A stretch of DNA of 64,000 nucleotides from Adineta vaga (lineage: Eukaryota > Animalia > Rotifera), in contig CP075493.1 of NCBI GenBank assembly GCA_021613535.1, forward strand, positions 16,306,001-16,370,000. Reading direction: 5' to 3'. A program made the position numbers and the translations under genes. The notes beneath the pieces are model-generated. The model searched no databases. It worked only from the letters and a program-made list of their open reading frames with translations, and had not been told where the DNA came from. This document shows, piece by piece, positions 12,098 to 25,583 of this stretch. How positions within the stretch are numbered: position 1 is the first letter of the stretch; each line of letters starts with the position of its first letter.

Positions 12098-13764
12098 CTA
12101 TAATTGACTATTACTTGGAGAGGGTAATGGAATATCATGAGATTGTTGTTGCATTGCTTTCTTTCGTGGTTTTCTTGTACCTTCATTGTACAAACATCCT
12201 GCTAATGATTCTTGTATTCGTTCTTTATAAAAGATATTATAATGATGTTTTCCTATTCGATAACGATGACGAATAGCTTCTGAAACACGGTAAAAAGAAA
12301 TCCAATCTTAATAAATTTCTTTACATATAATGGATATGTGCATTTAAAATAAGATAAAATTTCTTACTATTCAATAGATTAAATCGTTCATGATCTGATG
12401 CAGGTTTTGAGTATCGTTGAGTTTGTTGAGATGGTAACAATGACGTTTCTAATTCATGTTCAGTAAATAATTTTCTTAATAAATTTCTACCATATTCAGC
12501 AGCATTACTTGCTGCAGCTTCAAGTAAGTTTTCACCTTGATACAACTAAATATAAAAAGATGAAAAATATTCTATAAAAATATCAGTATTAAAAATAATT
12601 TTACGATTTCTGTTTTAAATTCTTCATTAACAACGCTATCACGATAACGATCGAGAATGTGTTCATTATTCTAAGAAAATAATAACAACATAGTTCTTTT
12701 TAGAAAAGTAAGATGTATTACCGATGACATCAGTGAACGAAAATGTGACATCTTTTTTGATATACTTGATAATTGTTGTTGAGTATCACGACTATCAGTA
12801 CGAACCTCACGTACATATGCTTGAACATTTTTTAGTTCTTCAAGTATATGTTTCATTGAAACATCATGATCAGCATCTGCTTCATCATCTGATGAAGATA
12901 ATACCGGATAAGCAACTATTGAACGAAATAAACAATATAAAGTCTAATGAAAGTTTCATCATGAATAACTATTACCACCAGCACGTGAATCAGTATGATT
13001 TGTAGCATGTGAATTATGTGAACGTTGATTGGTTGAACGATTTGAACGATTATTTGGTGCAAATCGTTTTGATGAAACAACTAAAAATTATAGTATCAAG
13101 AGAATATATTCATATAAATTACACGCTACAAATGATTACATACTAACAGATGTCAAATCAGAAGAACTAGGTCGACGTACCAAAGTTTTTTGACGTCGAT
13201 ATGGTGCAGCTATAATATTATTTATTTGTATGCAATCATACATATTTGGAATATAATACATACGTGTTGAAAACGAATTTGTTGGTATTTGTAATGTTTG
13301 TTCCATTAAATCAGCTGATGCATTCTCCTCCTCATCATCATCTTCGTCGTCATTAGGTATTTGCCCGGTATTACTATTATCTTAAATATATAAAATAATA
13401 TTTAAAACTATGAGGTATAATGGAACTTTACCTTTTGACGAATGTGTCTGTTTGTTCCAGTGATTGATACATATATCTTTTGTTCCTAAATTATTAAACT
13501 TTCGAGTTTTATAATCAGTTATACATTGCTCGTACTAGAAAATTTACCTGATGTTATTAATTTTGCTGTTCGACCACCGTTCATTAACACCGATCCATCA
13601 TTTTCAAATCTCTTTACACTGGAATTACCAACAATCATCATAAGTCCATTATCATCATAAACAATTAAATGATATTTTGTTGTACCAGGTGGATTCGAAG
13701 GTGAAAATTGTTCTTTTGGTTTTGCCAATCTCTTAGTAACTTGTTGTGTGATATTACTTGCCAT
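12098..13764 (-). CDS. CACTA accessory gene, multi-exon, coiled coil plus BEN-like C-terminal domain
   Basis: Spliced exons from MASNITQQ.. through a coiled coil (LEELKNVQAYVREV..) to YGRNLLRKLFTEHELETSLLP..AIRHRYRI..IQESLAGCLYNE. The BEN assignment is by motif resemblance only. Confidence 0.7.
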
Positions 13765-13984
13765 TTGTTAAGTTGAAGTATAGTCAGAATCTGAAGAAAA
13801 TACAAAAAATTTCAAATTAATAGTCAACAATACGTTAAATGAACAATATACGATAATACTAAACAAATATCAATAACACCATAGATACATTATTTTATCT
13901 TTAACAAGAGTTGTTTTTAAACAAAAACAAAATTTCGATCATAGGAAAATAAGAGCTAAAATAAGGAGATCTAAAGTTTATCGC

Positions 13985-16946
13985 TTAGTCATGTTCATTA
14001 TACGATAAAACGTTTGTTACAAACAAATAATCATTTTTATCGACGACAATACAGTGATTTAATATTTGACAAACAGGAATAATATCGAATTGAGAATAAA
14101 AATATTCTAGAACGAAATATAATTTATCAACTGGTTTTTTAAGTAAATAATAATAACTAGACATTTTGAAAGTTTCACTGAATAAGCATTTGACAGGATG
14201 ATGTTTAAGAACAACATAACTTTTTTTATCACATGTGAAAAATATATCTATAATACCAAAGCGATATTTCTTACCATTGTCATCAAAAATATATTGAACA
14301 AAATAATTAACAGAATTACCACGTTTATTATAAATCAAAGAGTGAAACATTTTGTTTTTCACAATAAATCGACGATAAATTTTACAGCATAAATCTAAAT
14401 CATTACAAGTACATGTTAATGTATGAAATTCTTTTAAGTAATGATAGTTATTTGCTGGTACAGATAGCATATCATATGGTCCATTAACAATTGATTCTTT
14501 TTCTTTTTTGTTTTGAATTGCAAAGTCAATATTGTAAAAATGGACAATGGAATCGCCATGATATTGAGTACCATGATGATTAGCACTGACAAAACCAATC
14601 AAAGATTCTTGACCAAAACATCCTAAATTGCATAGGGAGCCGTGGGTATCATATAAAGAAGATAAATGTATATGTAAATGCAATTTAAAATGTTGTAAAT
14701 GTGCGTAAAACAACTCGTGATCTTTGTAAAATTCAATGAATAGTTGATGTGCAATTGTACTTGTTTTATCACCAAAAATATGGCCACTATGTAAAAGACG
14801 TAATGCACATACATACAACGTAAAATGTGAATATTGCTCAATATGCATAATTGAATTAAAATGTGGCAGTAGACCATAGAATAACATATTTCGAATTTCA
14901 GTTGCTTTAACAAAAGCAAAATTGTCAAATGATCGTAACTTTCTATTAAAGAAATCTAAATATAAAAATAAAATACAATAATGAAGCAAATATTGCAAAA
15001 ATAAACACTCTAATATTTAAAATTAAATGAAAACCACTTACTTGGAAAGTGTTGATTGTTGATCTGAATATTCAAGTCTTCACGTTGTTTTGGTTTTAAT
15101 CGATCATAAATTGATGAAATGATCAATTTACCATGACCCAATAAGGATATGTGTAGATAATCTAATACAATTGCATGAGGTAGTTCAACATCTAATATTT
15201 TAATAAGAATACTTTCACCACGATGTCCATAAATATCTGAATTAGTTTTTTCAGATTTATTTGATAATTTTGAATATGCTTCAACAGAACGTAAATGAAT
15301 TAATTCATAATGAAATTGCATTTTTCTTTCCATATGTTGTCCTTCTATAAAACAAAACCAACAACTGAAATATCCATTGTGATTAATAAAATTTGTAATC
15401 AAACTTAAAGCAGGACAATCACCAGTTATTCCAAAGATTAACAATTTATAATATTTGTCTGAAATACGAATACCTAAAGATAATTTAAAAATATAAAATG
15501 TTATTTATGAATGAATGTAAATAAGTGAAAAAAAAAGTGAAGAAACTTATTGTTATATCTAAAGTTTTAGTTTTCATCTTTACGTCTTCGTAATTGATGC
15601 AAATAAATTAATAAAGCATGCTTCGAGACAATTAGCTATTTTATGAGTAAAAAGATGTACTGCGAAAAGTCACATACACGGATATGTTTTATTGAGTATA
15701 TTGTTCTAAAGCAATGTGTCGAATAATACAAATTATTACCTTTTATTTTTATTGCATCTAGATTATCAATGCAATGACTTAACCATAGTTTTGGTGGTGG
15801 TTGAACATAAGCTATCCAAATGGAGATAATCACCATGTTGGATCGTTGAGAACGAAGTTTTGGCGGTAACTCGACGACTGAACCACTAAACATCCACATT
15901 TTCAATTTAGTTGAACTTGTAATACCTATACCATCAACGTGTAATAATAAACTTATAAGATTTCGATAATCATTTTTTTTCAAGAGATTTTGATAAACAT
16001 TTCCAAATGGTATATCTTTTGTTTGTTCATGATCATCGTTGTTATTAATGTACTGTTTGTATTCATCAATATCGAATGATAATCTATTGACAATTTGTTT
16101 GAGTATTAGTTCAACATTGCTATCATATCTAAAAGATAGAGATTTTAATGAAACTAGCCGTTTATCAAGTAAATAATTTAATAATGTTAAAGCAAGTACT
16201 TACATGAAAGCAATTGATCGCTTATCAGTTGAACAACATAATGGACAGAACTTTTCTCTATTGGCAAACTCTTCTTTACATAATAAGCAGATTGTTCGTT
16301 TGGTAAACAAGTTGATTACATTCAATAGTGTTAAAAGTTCTTCTTCAGCAACAGGTAAATTGTTTGGAACAGGAAGAACGGATTTAATTAAAGACAAAAA
16401 GTTATTTGTACTTAATTTCGATAAATTTGCTTGACGTGCTGCTCTAACAAATGCTTCACAGTAATCTAGAGTTGAATGAATCGTATATTTGTGCAAAGGT
16501 ATCTTAAGTGAAGTGATACATCCATCATCATCATGTTCATCATCATCAAGTTCAACTGATATTACTTGTTCGTCATCAGTATAAGTATCAACTTCAGTTG
16601 TTGTAATTTGTTGATCATCAGTATAATCATCATCATTGTGGATTACTTCATCAATACAATCTTCATGTAATTTTATTGACATCGATTCTATTGAAAAACA
16701 TTTATCACGATCATCATAATTTGATGGATTGGCATCACAAAAAGAAAAGTTATCATTTTGCGGAAATGTCTGCAGATCTTGTTGAAAAACAGCTGGATCC
16801 TGTTGGACTGATATCCGTTGATTAACATAGCATAATTTCTTTGTAATCAATCTTTTTCTTCTACGAGAAATATTATGTTTATTATACCTTTGTTTCCTTT
16901 GTTGTTGACCAAATTTCTGTTCAAATCCAATATCAATCGAGTACAT
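13985..16946 (-). CDS. EnSpm/CACTA transposase, 4 exons
   Basis: CxxC..CPLC, LLLHVDGIG, GDCPA..NHNGYFSCWFC, DYLH, KATEIRNMLFY, LHLHIHL..HGSL, with GT-AG introns. Confidence 0.88.
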
Positions 16947-18647
16947 TTATTTCCTCTAAAAATACACAAACGAGACAAATTTTGTCAGCTAACTAATCAA
17001 TTAATATAATCAGTGATAAGGCAGATTAAATAGTAGATCTCGAAACATACATGAACGAGAAAATGAGGGAACATAATACAGCTTCTTCCTAAAAACAACG
17101 AATGCTAATTACATTGCATTTCTATAGATACTCTTTTATACCTTTAGTTCTATCGGTCTAGTCGGATGTGAGTGTATATAGATATGAAGATCGTCCGTGG
17201 AAATTGAAAGGGACTTTAATATATATAACATTTATTAAAATTCCTATTATTAATTTACATATATGTATTCGAATGTTAGATCATGTGATTCATTGTATGT
17301 ATCTAAATTTTTATATAGATGGCGCCACAATATGCATAATCTAGTATATCTACTTTTGTTACATTTTTCAATTTCTTTTTATAAAATTGTTTACCTTTTC
17401 ATAAAAAATTATAATAATTATACAGACAGTCATATACTGGGATCTGCAGCCTTAACTAATGGGTTTAAAAAAAAACGTCTAAAAACGGGGCGTAATCTGT
17501 GTACAGTTATCGGATAGAATTCGGTGCTCCGTAATACGGGCCGTTAATGTTCCGAAAAGTATCCGTATATATACCGTTAAACTGATGCCAGTATACGAAA
17601 AAAGTTGGATATCGGTATAGATACCGTCTTTTATCCGTGTGCGGCCGTTTACGGTCCGATACTTTCGACATGGGGAATCACTCTACGCAATCGCTGTTCA
17701 TTCTATTAATACATTTCATATTGCGATAAATAAAATATTTTTTCGAGATTTTTTTTACCAATAATGTGAAAAGGCCAGGAAAGGGGGTCCTTTCTCAAGA
17801 GCAACTGTCAACAATCAAATGTTTACTTTGTGCGTAGAACGTATGTGTGTTTGGATTTCTCTTCCTATGTTAACGTTGGAAATTTCGTTGCGTTCTCTTA
17901 TATTACTTAATGCCACTACAATCTTCAATTGAAAGAATTTGAATGTTGAAGTACACACAGTAAACAAGTCGGCCTTGTGTGAAGGAGAATATTTCAGTGA
18001 AAATGGTAAGAAAATGATTTTTGTATGTGATAGATGAAGTGAAAGAACGAGTTGTTCAACATCGAGTTTGATCATTTTAAAAACAAAAGACACCGGACTT
18101 CTAATGTTCAGAACAATTATCAATTAGAGTGGTATATGCCATTTCAGAACAATAATTGACTTTGGGCAACAATATTATTAAGTTCTCTCTAATATTAAAA
18201 GTTTACTCATTCCGTTTGTGAGCAGTTCAAAATGTATCAGTTATTGGATATGAGGCTGTGTGCTGGGGATAGGCATCGTTTCCAACACCCTCTCCCCCAC
18301 CCTCTTCACCCATGTCTATACGTTTCACCCACGAAACTCTTTTAAGTTCTAGAGAGCAAAGAAAAAGGATTTCATGGTTACTGTTTCTCACCTTGGCATA
18401 CCGTAAGAATCTTTAAAGGTTTCGTCGATTCTAGTAATCGTTTGTTTTAGTATTTCAACGTATTTCGAAGCTGTCTGACATCTACGAAACCTTACTGGGA
18501 GTTCTGCGAGAAAACGAGTGTTTTTTCAAGAGTGTGTTTAGTTATGAGAGCCTGTTGAATAGAGTACTATACATTCTTCCATTATCTAATACGTAGTTCT
18601 GAGTCTTTGGAAATTGTTTCTTTAACCACTATCATCCCAACTATTAG

Positions 18648-21007
18648 GTTAAAGAAGGATTGCTATTATGGCTTGTGGTGCTTACAAGTTGGTGTATTGC
18701 GAATGGTTTACCAACAAAAGGAGGTTTGTTTTCATGTGGTTAGGCATTCTGTGAACCTTTTTGTATTACTGATTTATAGCAGATATTTCGCTTGCGAAGG
18801 ATTTGTTCGATGAACTTCATGGACGCTACAGGCGTCAGATAGCATGTGACAGTTCATGTCAATGCCTTTGTCCAACAACAACCACGACGATCACAACATT
18901 AACAACATCCACCACAACGACTTCGGTAACCACAACAATTACGACAACATCGACCTCAACATCGACAGTGACGACCACTTCGAGTAAGCCAACTAAACGA
19001 GAAGTGTAAAGCATACCCTTGCCTAAAATGTTTCCTAAGACGAGTATAGTACCTCTGCGTAGATTGTTAGTTTCCTTGATTTCTTTTCTTAGCATTCGAA
19101 CAACAATAAGCCTGATGATGTTAGAAAATATAAACTGATCTTTCGAGTTTTGCAGTCATCAGACTGGACAGTATCAGTGTCGAATCTCTCTTAAACGGGC
19201 ATTGATTGGATTTTTCCAAAGTCTCACTTAAATGAGATGTGCTCTTTTGAGAGACTCACTTCATATGCGTTAGAAGTCCGTCTTGCACGTAAGGCTACAT
19301 AAAGATTAGTAAAAATCTACCATAAACACGGAATGCATGACACCCTAACTCCCCTCGCCGATCACAACAGTTGATGATGAAAAAAAGTCTTATACTAATT
19401 GATATTTTTGTTAAAACGATCCTTTTGTCTTCGACTATGGATAATATTTGTCTCTATTCTCGTAATTATAGCCACCAGTACATCATCAACTTCGACATCA
19501 ATGAGGACGACTAGCACAAGTACTAGTAGTAGCACAAGTACTTCATCTAGTAGCACATCCAGTACAACAACAAGAACAACCGCAACTACTTCAACAAGCA
19601 GCACTACTGTTACAATGACAACCACATCGACCAGCACTACTAGTACTACATCGATAACAAGTACTTCCACAAGCAGTACCACTGCAACGACGACAAGTAC
19701 TTCGACGACTAGTACTAGTACCACATCCACGACAAGTACTTCGACGACTAGTACTAGTACCACATCCACGACAAGTACTTCGACGACTAGTACTAGTACC
19801 ACATCCACGACAAGTACTTCGACGACTAGTACTAGTACCACATCCACGACAAGTACTTCGACGACTAGTACTAGTACCACATCCACGACAAGTACTTCGA
19901 CGACTAGTACTAGTACCACATCCACGACAAGTACTTCGACGACTAGTACTAGTACCACATCCACGACAAGTACTTCGACGACTAGTACTAGTACATCGAC
20001 CAGTAGCACTTCAGCAACTAGCACGAGCACGTCTACGACTAGTACCTCTACGAGCAGTACTAGCACATCCACAACAAGTACTACGAGCACATCTACAACA
20101 AGCACCTCAACAAGTACAACTACTACAACCACAACCACATCAAGTAATATAGAAAAAGATAGTTTGCTTTTGTGGTCGGGAGATCGAATGAAAGTATTTA
20201 TATTTTTTTCACCAACAACAAAATGTTTATAAATGAGCGTGCTTAGTAGAGATGTAGACATATTTGAAACTTTGAATAGACAGTTACGCAATATTTAGAG
20301 ATGGTCGACCTTAATGCTGTCCATGTTCAGGTCGGTTATTGATCTTAACATTGCTACCATGGTTTTAGACACAATCGGAAAAAGAACAATTCATTAGTCG
20401 ATAAAAAGATTTTATGTAAACAAGTTTTAATACGATTCAGGACTTCTCCTGACCCTTCGCATTTTCGTTTGAAACTTTGATACGTTCTCAACATTCTCAT
20501 GCTTGTTCATTTTGAGAGTGATACAAATGTTTGTCTTACAAAAAATGTCTCTTTCATGTACAGTGTGTAAAAGTATGTTTTTCTCCTAGCTACAACAACA
20601 ACAACAGCGACTACACGTTGTTTGGATGTGTGTAGTAAGTGGGATTGCGTGGAAAATGTTACCACTAACATTAATTGTTCTGATCCGTCTCTGACCATGA
20701 CATCGTGTCCAACGGCAACAACAATAACAATCGATTTATATTTAACAAATCATATTAAAGAACTTGAAGATGAACTTTTGCGAGTAAAATTAGGTTTAGG
20801 AATAGGATTAGGTGTTGGATTATTGATCGCCATTTTAATAATACTGGCAACTTGCTGCTACTTTTTAAGACGGTAGGAATCTTGCTTGCCACGAATGATC
20901 CTCTTTCGAGCTATTCTGCTTTCATTTTAGTGAGAAACAAATGATAAAAAAAGCCAATCAAAAAATTGATACTCGGTTTTAAGATGATATTTAACGCGTG
21001 TATGTAA
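18648..21007 (+). CDS. Type I transmembrane mucin-like protein (Thr/Ser-rich), multi-exon; start exon not located
   Basis: Signal-like LLLWLVVLTSWCIANG, an RYRR basic site, Cys clusters, a Thr/Ser exon at 19471-20142 and TM LGLGIGLGVGLLIAILIILATCCYF. GT-AG boundaries. Confidence 0.75.
19690..19994 (+). repeat. 39-bp perfect coding tandem repeat, about 7.8 copies (TTSTSTTSTSTTS)
   Basis: Unit ACGACAAGTACTTCGACGACTAGTACTAGTACCACATCC starts at 19690, 19729, ... 19963. Confidence 0.95.
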
Positions 21008-21353
21008 TCCCTACCTGAGTTCTGTTTTAAATGTATTATTTTTTTCTACAATGTGATTTTATTCAAAATAAAATTATTTTTTTGCTTTCATTTGATAATT
21101 TTCTTTCTTTTCATATAATCAGTATAAATTTACAGAAGTCCTCTTTTTCCTCCTTGGAAAATATTCTACCACAGGGAAGGAAGTCTTCAATGGGATAATA
21201 TTTTTGTTTTTTTCTAAACGTAGAAGAAAAAATGAGAAACTGCCTCGTATTCTAATTGTTATGATTCACAACTTGTTCGCTATAACCAAAAGATTTTTAA
21301 AATAGTATTTTACACGCTTAAAAAAGAGCATGTACATTTTGATCTTTTGACAG

Positions 21354-21678
21354 TGTGTGGGTGAGGGTGTGGGTGTGGGGTGGAATGGGTGGGTGGGTGA
21401 GTGTGTGCAGAGAGCGTTGTTGGGGAGATCACCGATTATTGAAGATGTACGGAGAGTGCTGTGGGAAGATCAGTGATCATTGAGGTTGTGCTAACGATGC
21501 AATGGAACAGTCCCTATGTTCCTGCTTGACGGGAACGTTTACGATCTTGGGATGCTCAAGTGTAGCAGCATACACTCCGAAAGGGCGTATGAAGGCATTG
21601 TGAACACACTGCAAATTCTACATGGACGATTAGTGCGTCTTGAGGGTGAGGGTGAAGGTGGGTGTGGGTGAGGTGTAG
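21354..21678 (+). repeat. Two degenerate G-rich telomere-like tracts (TGTGGG/TGAGGG) flanking ~230 bp of unassigned DNA
   Basis: Tracts at 21354-21407 and 21637-21678; the second begins GTCTTGAGGG. Confidence 0.7.
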
Positions 21679-21972
21679 GTCCTTAGGATATATTACTTCC
21701 TCTTTGTATTTTCTTCTTTCGAAAATCATAGTAACACACAGTCAGTGATTTTTGAGTAGCGAGACGCGAGTCGATCCATAAATATTTAGAAACAGTGCCA
21801 GTTTTTGCTCAAATCTTTCCATTAATGAGTTATAGATACTATGCAATTGATAAAAAAAGTCAGGCTAGATTAAAAGGAAAGTTTTCTGCATACAGTTGGC
21901 ATGAAGCCGGATGTCGATCGATTGAGGACTCCTTGAGCGCCGCCACCAATCACGCTTATAATTCTTTGACGC

Positions 21973-22150
21973 TGTGGGTGGGTGTGGGTGTGGGTGTGGG
22001 TGTGGGTGTGGGTGTGGGTGTGGGTATTGGATAGATGTAGTACCAACACCCACACCCACACACCCACACCCACACCCACACCCACACCCACACCCACACC
22101 CACACCCACACCCACACCCACACCCACACCCACACCCACACCCTCAAGAT
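21973..22150. repeat. Telomere-repeat hairpin, copy 2 (expanded arms)
   Basis: ~(TGTGGG)8-TATTGG-ATAGATGTAGTA-CCAACA-~(CCCACA)16-CCCTCAAGAT. Confidence 0.95.
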
Positions 22151-22959
22151 GGTTTTGTAAGCAGAAGTGATATATCGCGATAGATGGTCGATCATTTTTC
22201 GATCAATAATAAATCGGAATTTCATAATAAAAGCTGGTCAGTTAATCTCGATTGAGCGACGATTTTTAATATTTTCACTGAACACCAATAGATCGATGAT
22301 ACATTTAGTTAATTATTTTTTACGTGAAGAAAATCAAACTGGAAATATAAAGTAGACTCTGGGTCGGGAAACGAACCTCTGAACGTACTAACAGCACATA
22401 ATCTCTTCATGAATCCGTTCGTATTATTTACTGGTTGATCATTTTTAGCTAATAGACAAAGAGAGATAATTCTGAAAGTCTTCGTGTTATGATCGATGAA
22501 CTTCCAGATAACGAATATAATGAGCAACCAGATGATAACGATGAGCAAAGCAAGTAATTTAATTGATTTTTAAATTGACTTCTGCGGTTCATTTTTCTAC
22601 TTAAACTCTTGTTGCTCGCTTATTCATTTTTCGTTATTAAGTAATTATATGTATACTTCTATAAGCACTTCGATGTTTTGACGTTTATTTCCATCCCTTT
22701 TATTTGGTTTTTAATGGTGTGTCAAAAAGAATAATCGTTCTACAGGGAAGAAACATGTTTTTCAAGTGCTCAAAATGACTTCTACGAATTTACAATAATT
22801 GAGAACTAACAAGAAAGTAGCTTGAATAAGTTACTCGAAATAATAAGCGAAAAATCGCTATTTTGGGCGATTTTACACGCGATAGATCTCACAAGCTATC
22901 GGCATGAAAAATCGCGCTAAATCATCGATATTGAGCCGATTCAGGTGACATGGGATATA

Positions 22960-24165
22960 TCATCATATGGTTTAGCTGAAGAACAAACAAAAATTATTGT
23001 TAATAGTCAATATTTTAATAATCTTCATACATTAAAAATCAAATAAGATGAAAAATTTTTAAATAAGTGTATTTATAAATATAATTTCTTCGAAAAACTT
23101 TTTAATTCTACAAATCAATTACAATTTACATTCCTTAACATTAAAATTAAATTTATTTTTCCGATCTATTTCGATTGATTTCATATACACCAAATCTAAA
23201 ATATTTAAACATTAACTCCCAACCACCAAATACCTATGAAAAGTCAATAATTATCAAATTAAATCTATTATCATTGACATTGAATAGCAAATTTTCTCAA
23301 ATGAATTTTGATATATTTATAAACTATATGAAACATTTTTCATCATCATTAACTTATTTAGCAATTAATTCCGTATCTCTATCTATTCCTGGAACATTTA
23401 ATAATATAAAACTTAAAGAATTCTTAGAATTAATGAGCGAATTAAAACATTTTCATTTCTACAGTCAACTATATACAGATGAAAATGCCAAAATTATTCT
23501 ATATAAAATTTGGTCCATATTATTCTATTCATTCCAATAAAATTGATGATAAACAAAAGAATATTGCTCAAATATTACATGATGTTAAAACAATTGAATT
23601 TACAGTAGGTTCTATAGAAAATAAATATTTAATTTATGCTTTACCAAATGTAAAACATTTAATTTTATCTCATACAGAATTATCTTCAAGAGATAGTCAA
23701 ATATTTGAAACATTGAATAAAAAAATTCAACGATTAGATATAAATGTTTATTCAAGACTTGAAAAATTAATCAAATTATCTAATAATATTTATTTTTTCA
23801 ATATTCAATATATAAATTTTAATTTAAATAGAAATTGGAAAAAACCTGAATGGTATGGAAATATTATTATGAAAATATTAACAAATTTCAAAAATTTAAA
23901 GATCTTATTAAGATATATGAGTATAGAAAAACATATTTGTGGATATGATCGTAAAATAAATGATTTAAATCAACTTCAGGAACATCTAAATATGAATGAT
24001 ATTAGAAAAAGTTATCAAGTGAAAAGTTTTCGGGAATGTTTATTATTTATTAAACGAAAATATGATGATGATCCGATTGAACAAGATATATCAATGTCTA
24101 TTCCAAAAAAACCATTGTCGTTTTTTAAGAACTTACAAATGTTTTTCTCCAAGAAAAATAAATAA
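22960..24165 (+). pseudogene. Fragmented LRR/F-box-associated-like gene remnant
   Basis: Overlapping, frameshifted ORFs with LRR-like segments (TPNLKYLNI, LPNVKHLIL, FKNLKILL). No intact start. Confidence 0.4.
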
Positions 24166-24192
24166 AAATATATATTTTCTGTAGAATTTTTT

Positions 24193-24474
24193 ATCTTGAG
24201 GGTGTGAGTGTTAGATAGATGTAGTACCCACACCCACCCAACCCACATCTGTAACGATAAAGATATCACCCACTGTGGTGATATCAATATATGATCATCT
24301 CTCCCAATCATGCGTATCATCTTGTTCTTCTCTCTCTTCCTCTCTCTATATAAGCGTGCATTGTATTGTAGAGTGGCTACACTCTGGGTATGTGAGATAG
24401 CCGAATAAACATCTATACCGTGAGAAGCGGTCAGCTACTCATCCAGTTTGTCGCTACAACACCCACACCCACCC
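24193..24474. repeat. Telomere-repeat hairpin, copy 3, with a solo LTR inserted in its C-rich arm
   Basis: ATCTTGAGGGTGTGAGTGTTAG-ATAGATGTAGTA-CCCACACCC...[LTR]...ACACCCACACCCACCC. Confidence 0.85.
24250..24458 (+). mobile_element. Solo LTR (209 bp)
   Basis: TGTAACGA...TCGCTACA inverted ends, internal TATATAA and AATAAA, and 5-bp flanks ACATC / ACACC. Confidence 0.8.
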
Positions 24475-25583
24475 TTTTCCCTCCCGATGACATCCACCGA
24501 GAATAACTTCTTTCGATAGAGAATTAAATTCTACATCCAGCACAACCTTTCCGAAAGCCAACACAAGTTTACAGACGAATCCGGATAAGAAATACTCGAA
24601 CATGTTGCTAACTTTATCTATATCCTTCAGACATTGAAATAATGATTGACATATAAGGCAATGTTTATATGAAATTCTAATTATAAAAAGTCATACAATG
24701 CTTTTATCAAAAGACGCAAAAGCCAGAGGTAAACTTTGCTCTAAGGATAATAATAAAAATTTGACATAAAATGGAAAGTACATAAAACTCTTACTGTCAG
24801 AAATTCAACACACTTCAAAATTTTAATAATTAGTTTGAGAAATTCGATGTCATATCGTGTGATTTATCTTATAAATATCTCTTAATAAAAATTCAAAAAA
24901 AGTTCTCTCATGTATAATAATGAAGATTCAATATAGACCAAGATCTGTTCTACTTTATGATTTCTTTTTATTTAGTTGATATATATATATATTTGATTAA
25001 TAACAAATAGAATTAAACAAGAAAGTTCACATTTGGATTCTTCATAGAAACATTTTTTATTTTTCCTATTATTTAATTCTCATAACATTATTTAAAGTAT
25101 CATCACAAATGTTTCTTTCATCATTCTGATAATCGTTTTTCTATGAAGACAATTTTATTTCCATGAGGTACTTTGTCAGACAATCTTTAATAATATGTAA
25201 AAGAATAGATACAGCTGTGACCACGATATTTTATTAATTGATTAAAAGCAAAAAATTTTACAGACACAAAAATAGAAGATGTGATTACACACACATAATC
25301 ACTGAATAATTTTGTTAGAAGTAAAACAGATTTTCATAATGATCACCAAACGTGGATGACTGACATCTCATCAGAAGAAATTCTTTTAGATAACTTGAAA
25401 ATTAAATATTTGAAACATTACCGAAAGCAACATAAAAATATTTGTTATTTGAGTTGACTGACAAAAATTTTCTTTGTTAATGATGGGGTAACAACAACAA
25501 TGATTAATAATATATGTATATATATATATATAAATAAACAAGAGTTTTGTTTCATATGTCTATAATCTAAATACGGCATTGGT

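Larger units (their letters stand above)
11501..17674 (-). mobile_element. Full-length CACTA/EnSpm (CMC) DNA transposon with two genes
   Basis: Termini CCCAGGT / ACATGGG with GA on both sides (2-bp TSD). Subterminal TACGG/CCGTA repeats. Contains an EnSpm transposase and a second ORF. Confidence 0.85.

Noticed and set aside
18258-18332. TGTGTGCTGG..CCAACACCC plus a C-rich tract as a fourth, decayed telomere hairpin
   Set aside because: The loop does not match the consensus and the tags are absent; too degenerate to support.
19690-19994. Regular 39-bp repeats as a possible CRISPR array
   Set aside because: There are no spacers, the repeat is in-frame coding sequence, the context is eukaryotic and no cas genes are present.
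19395-20291. 298-aa Val/Leu-rich minus-strand ORF
   Set aside because: Antisense shadow of the Thr/Ser mucin exon.
21795-22225. ORFs with poly-VG, WV, HP, TP and CG dipeptides
   Set aside because: These are translations of the hexamer telomeric repeat, not genes.
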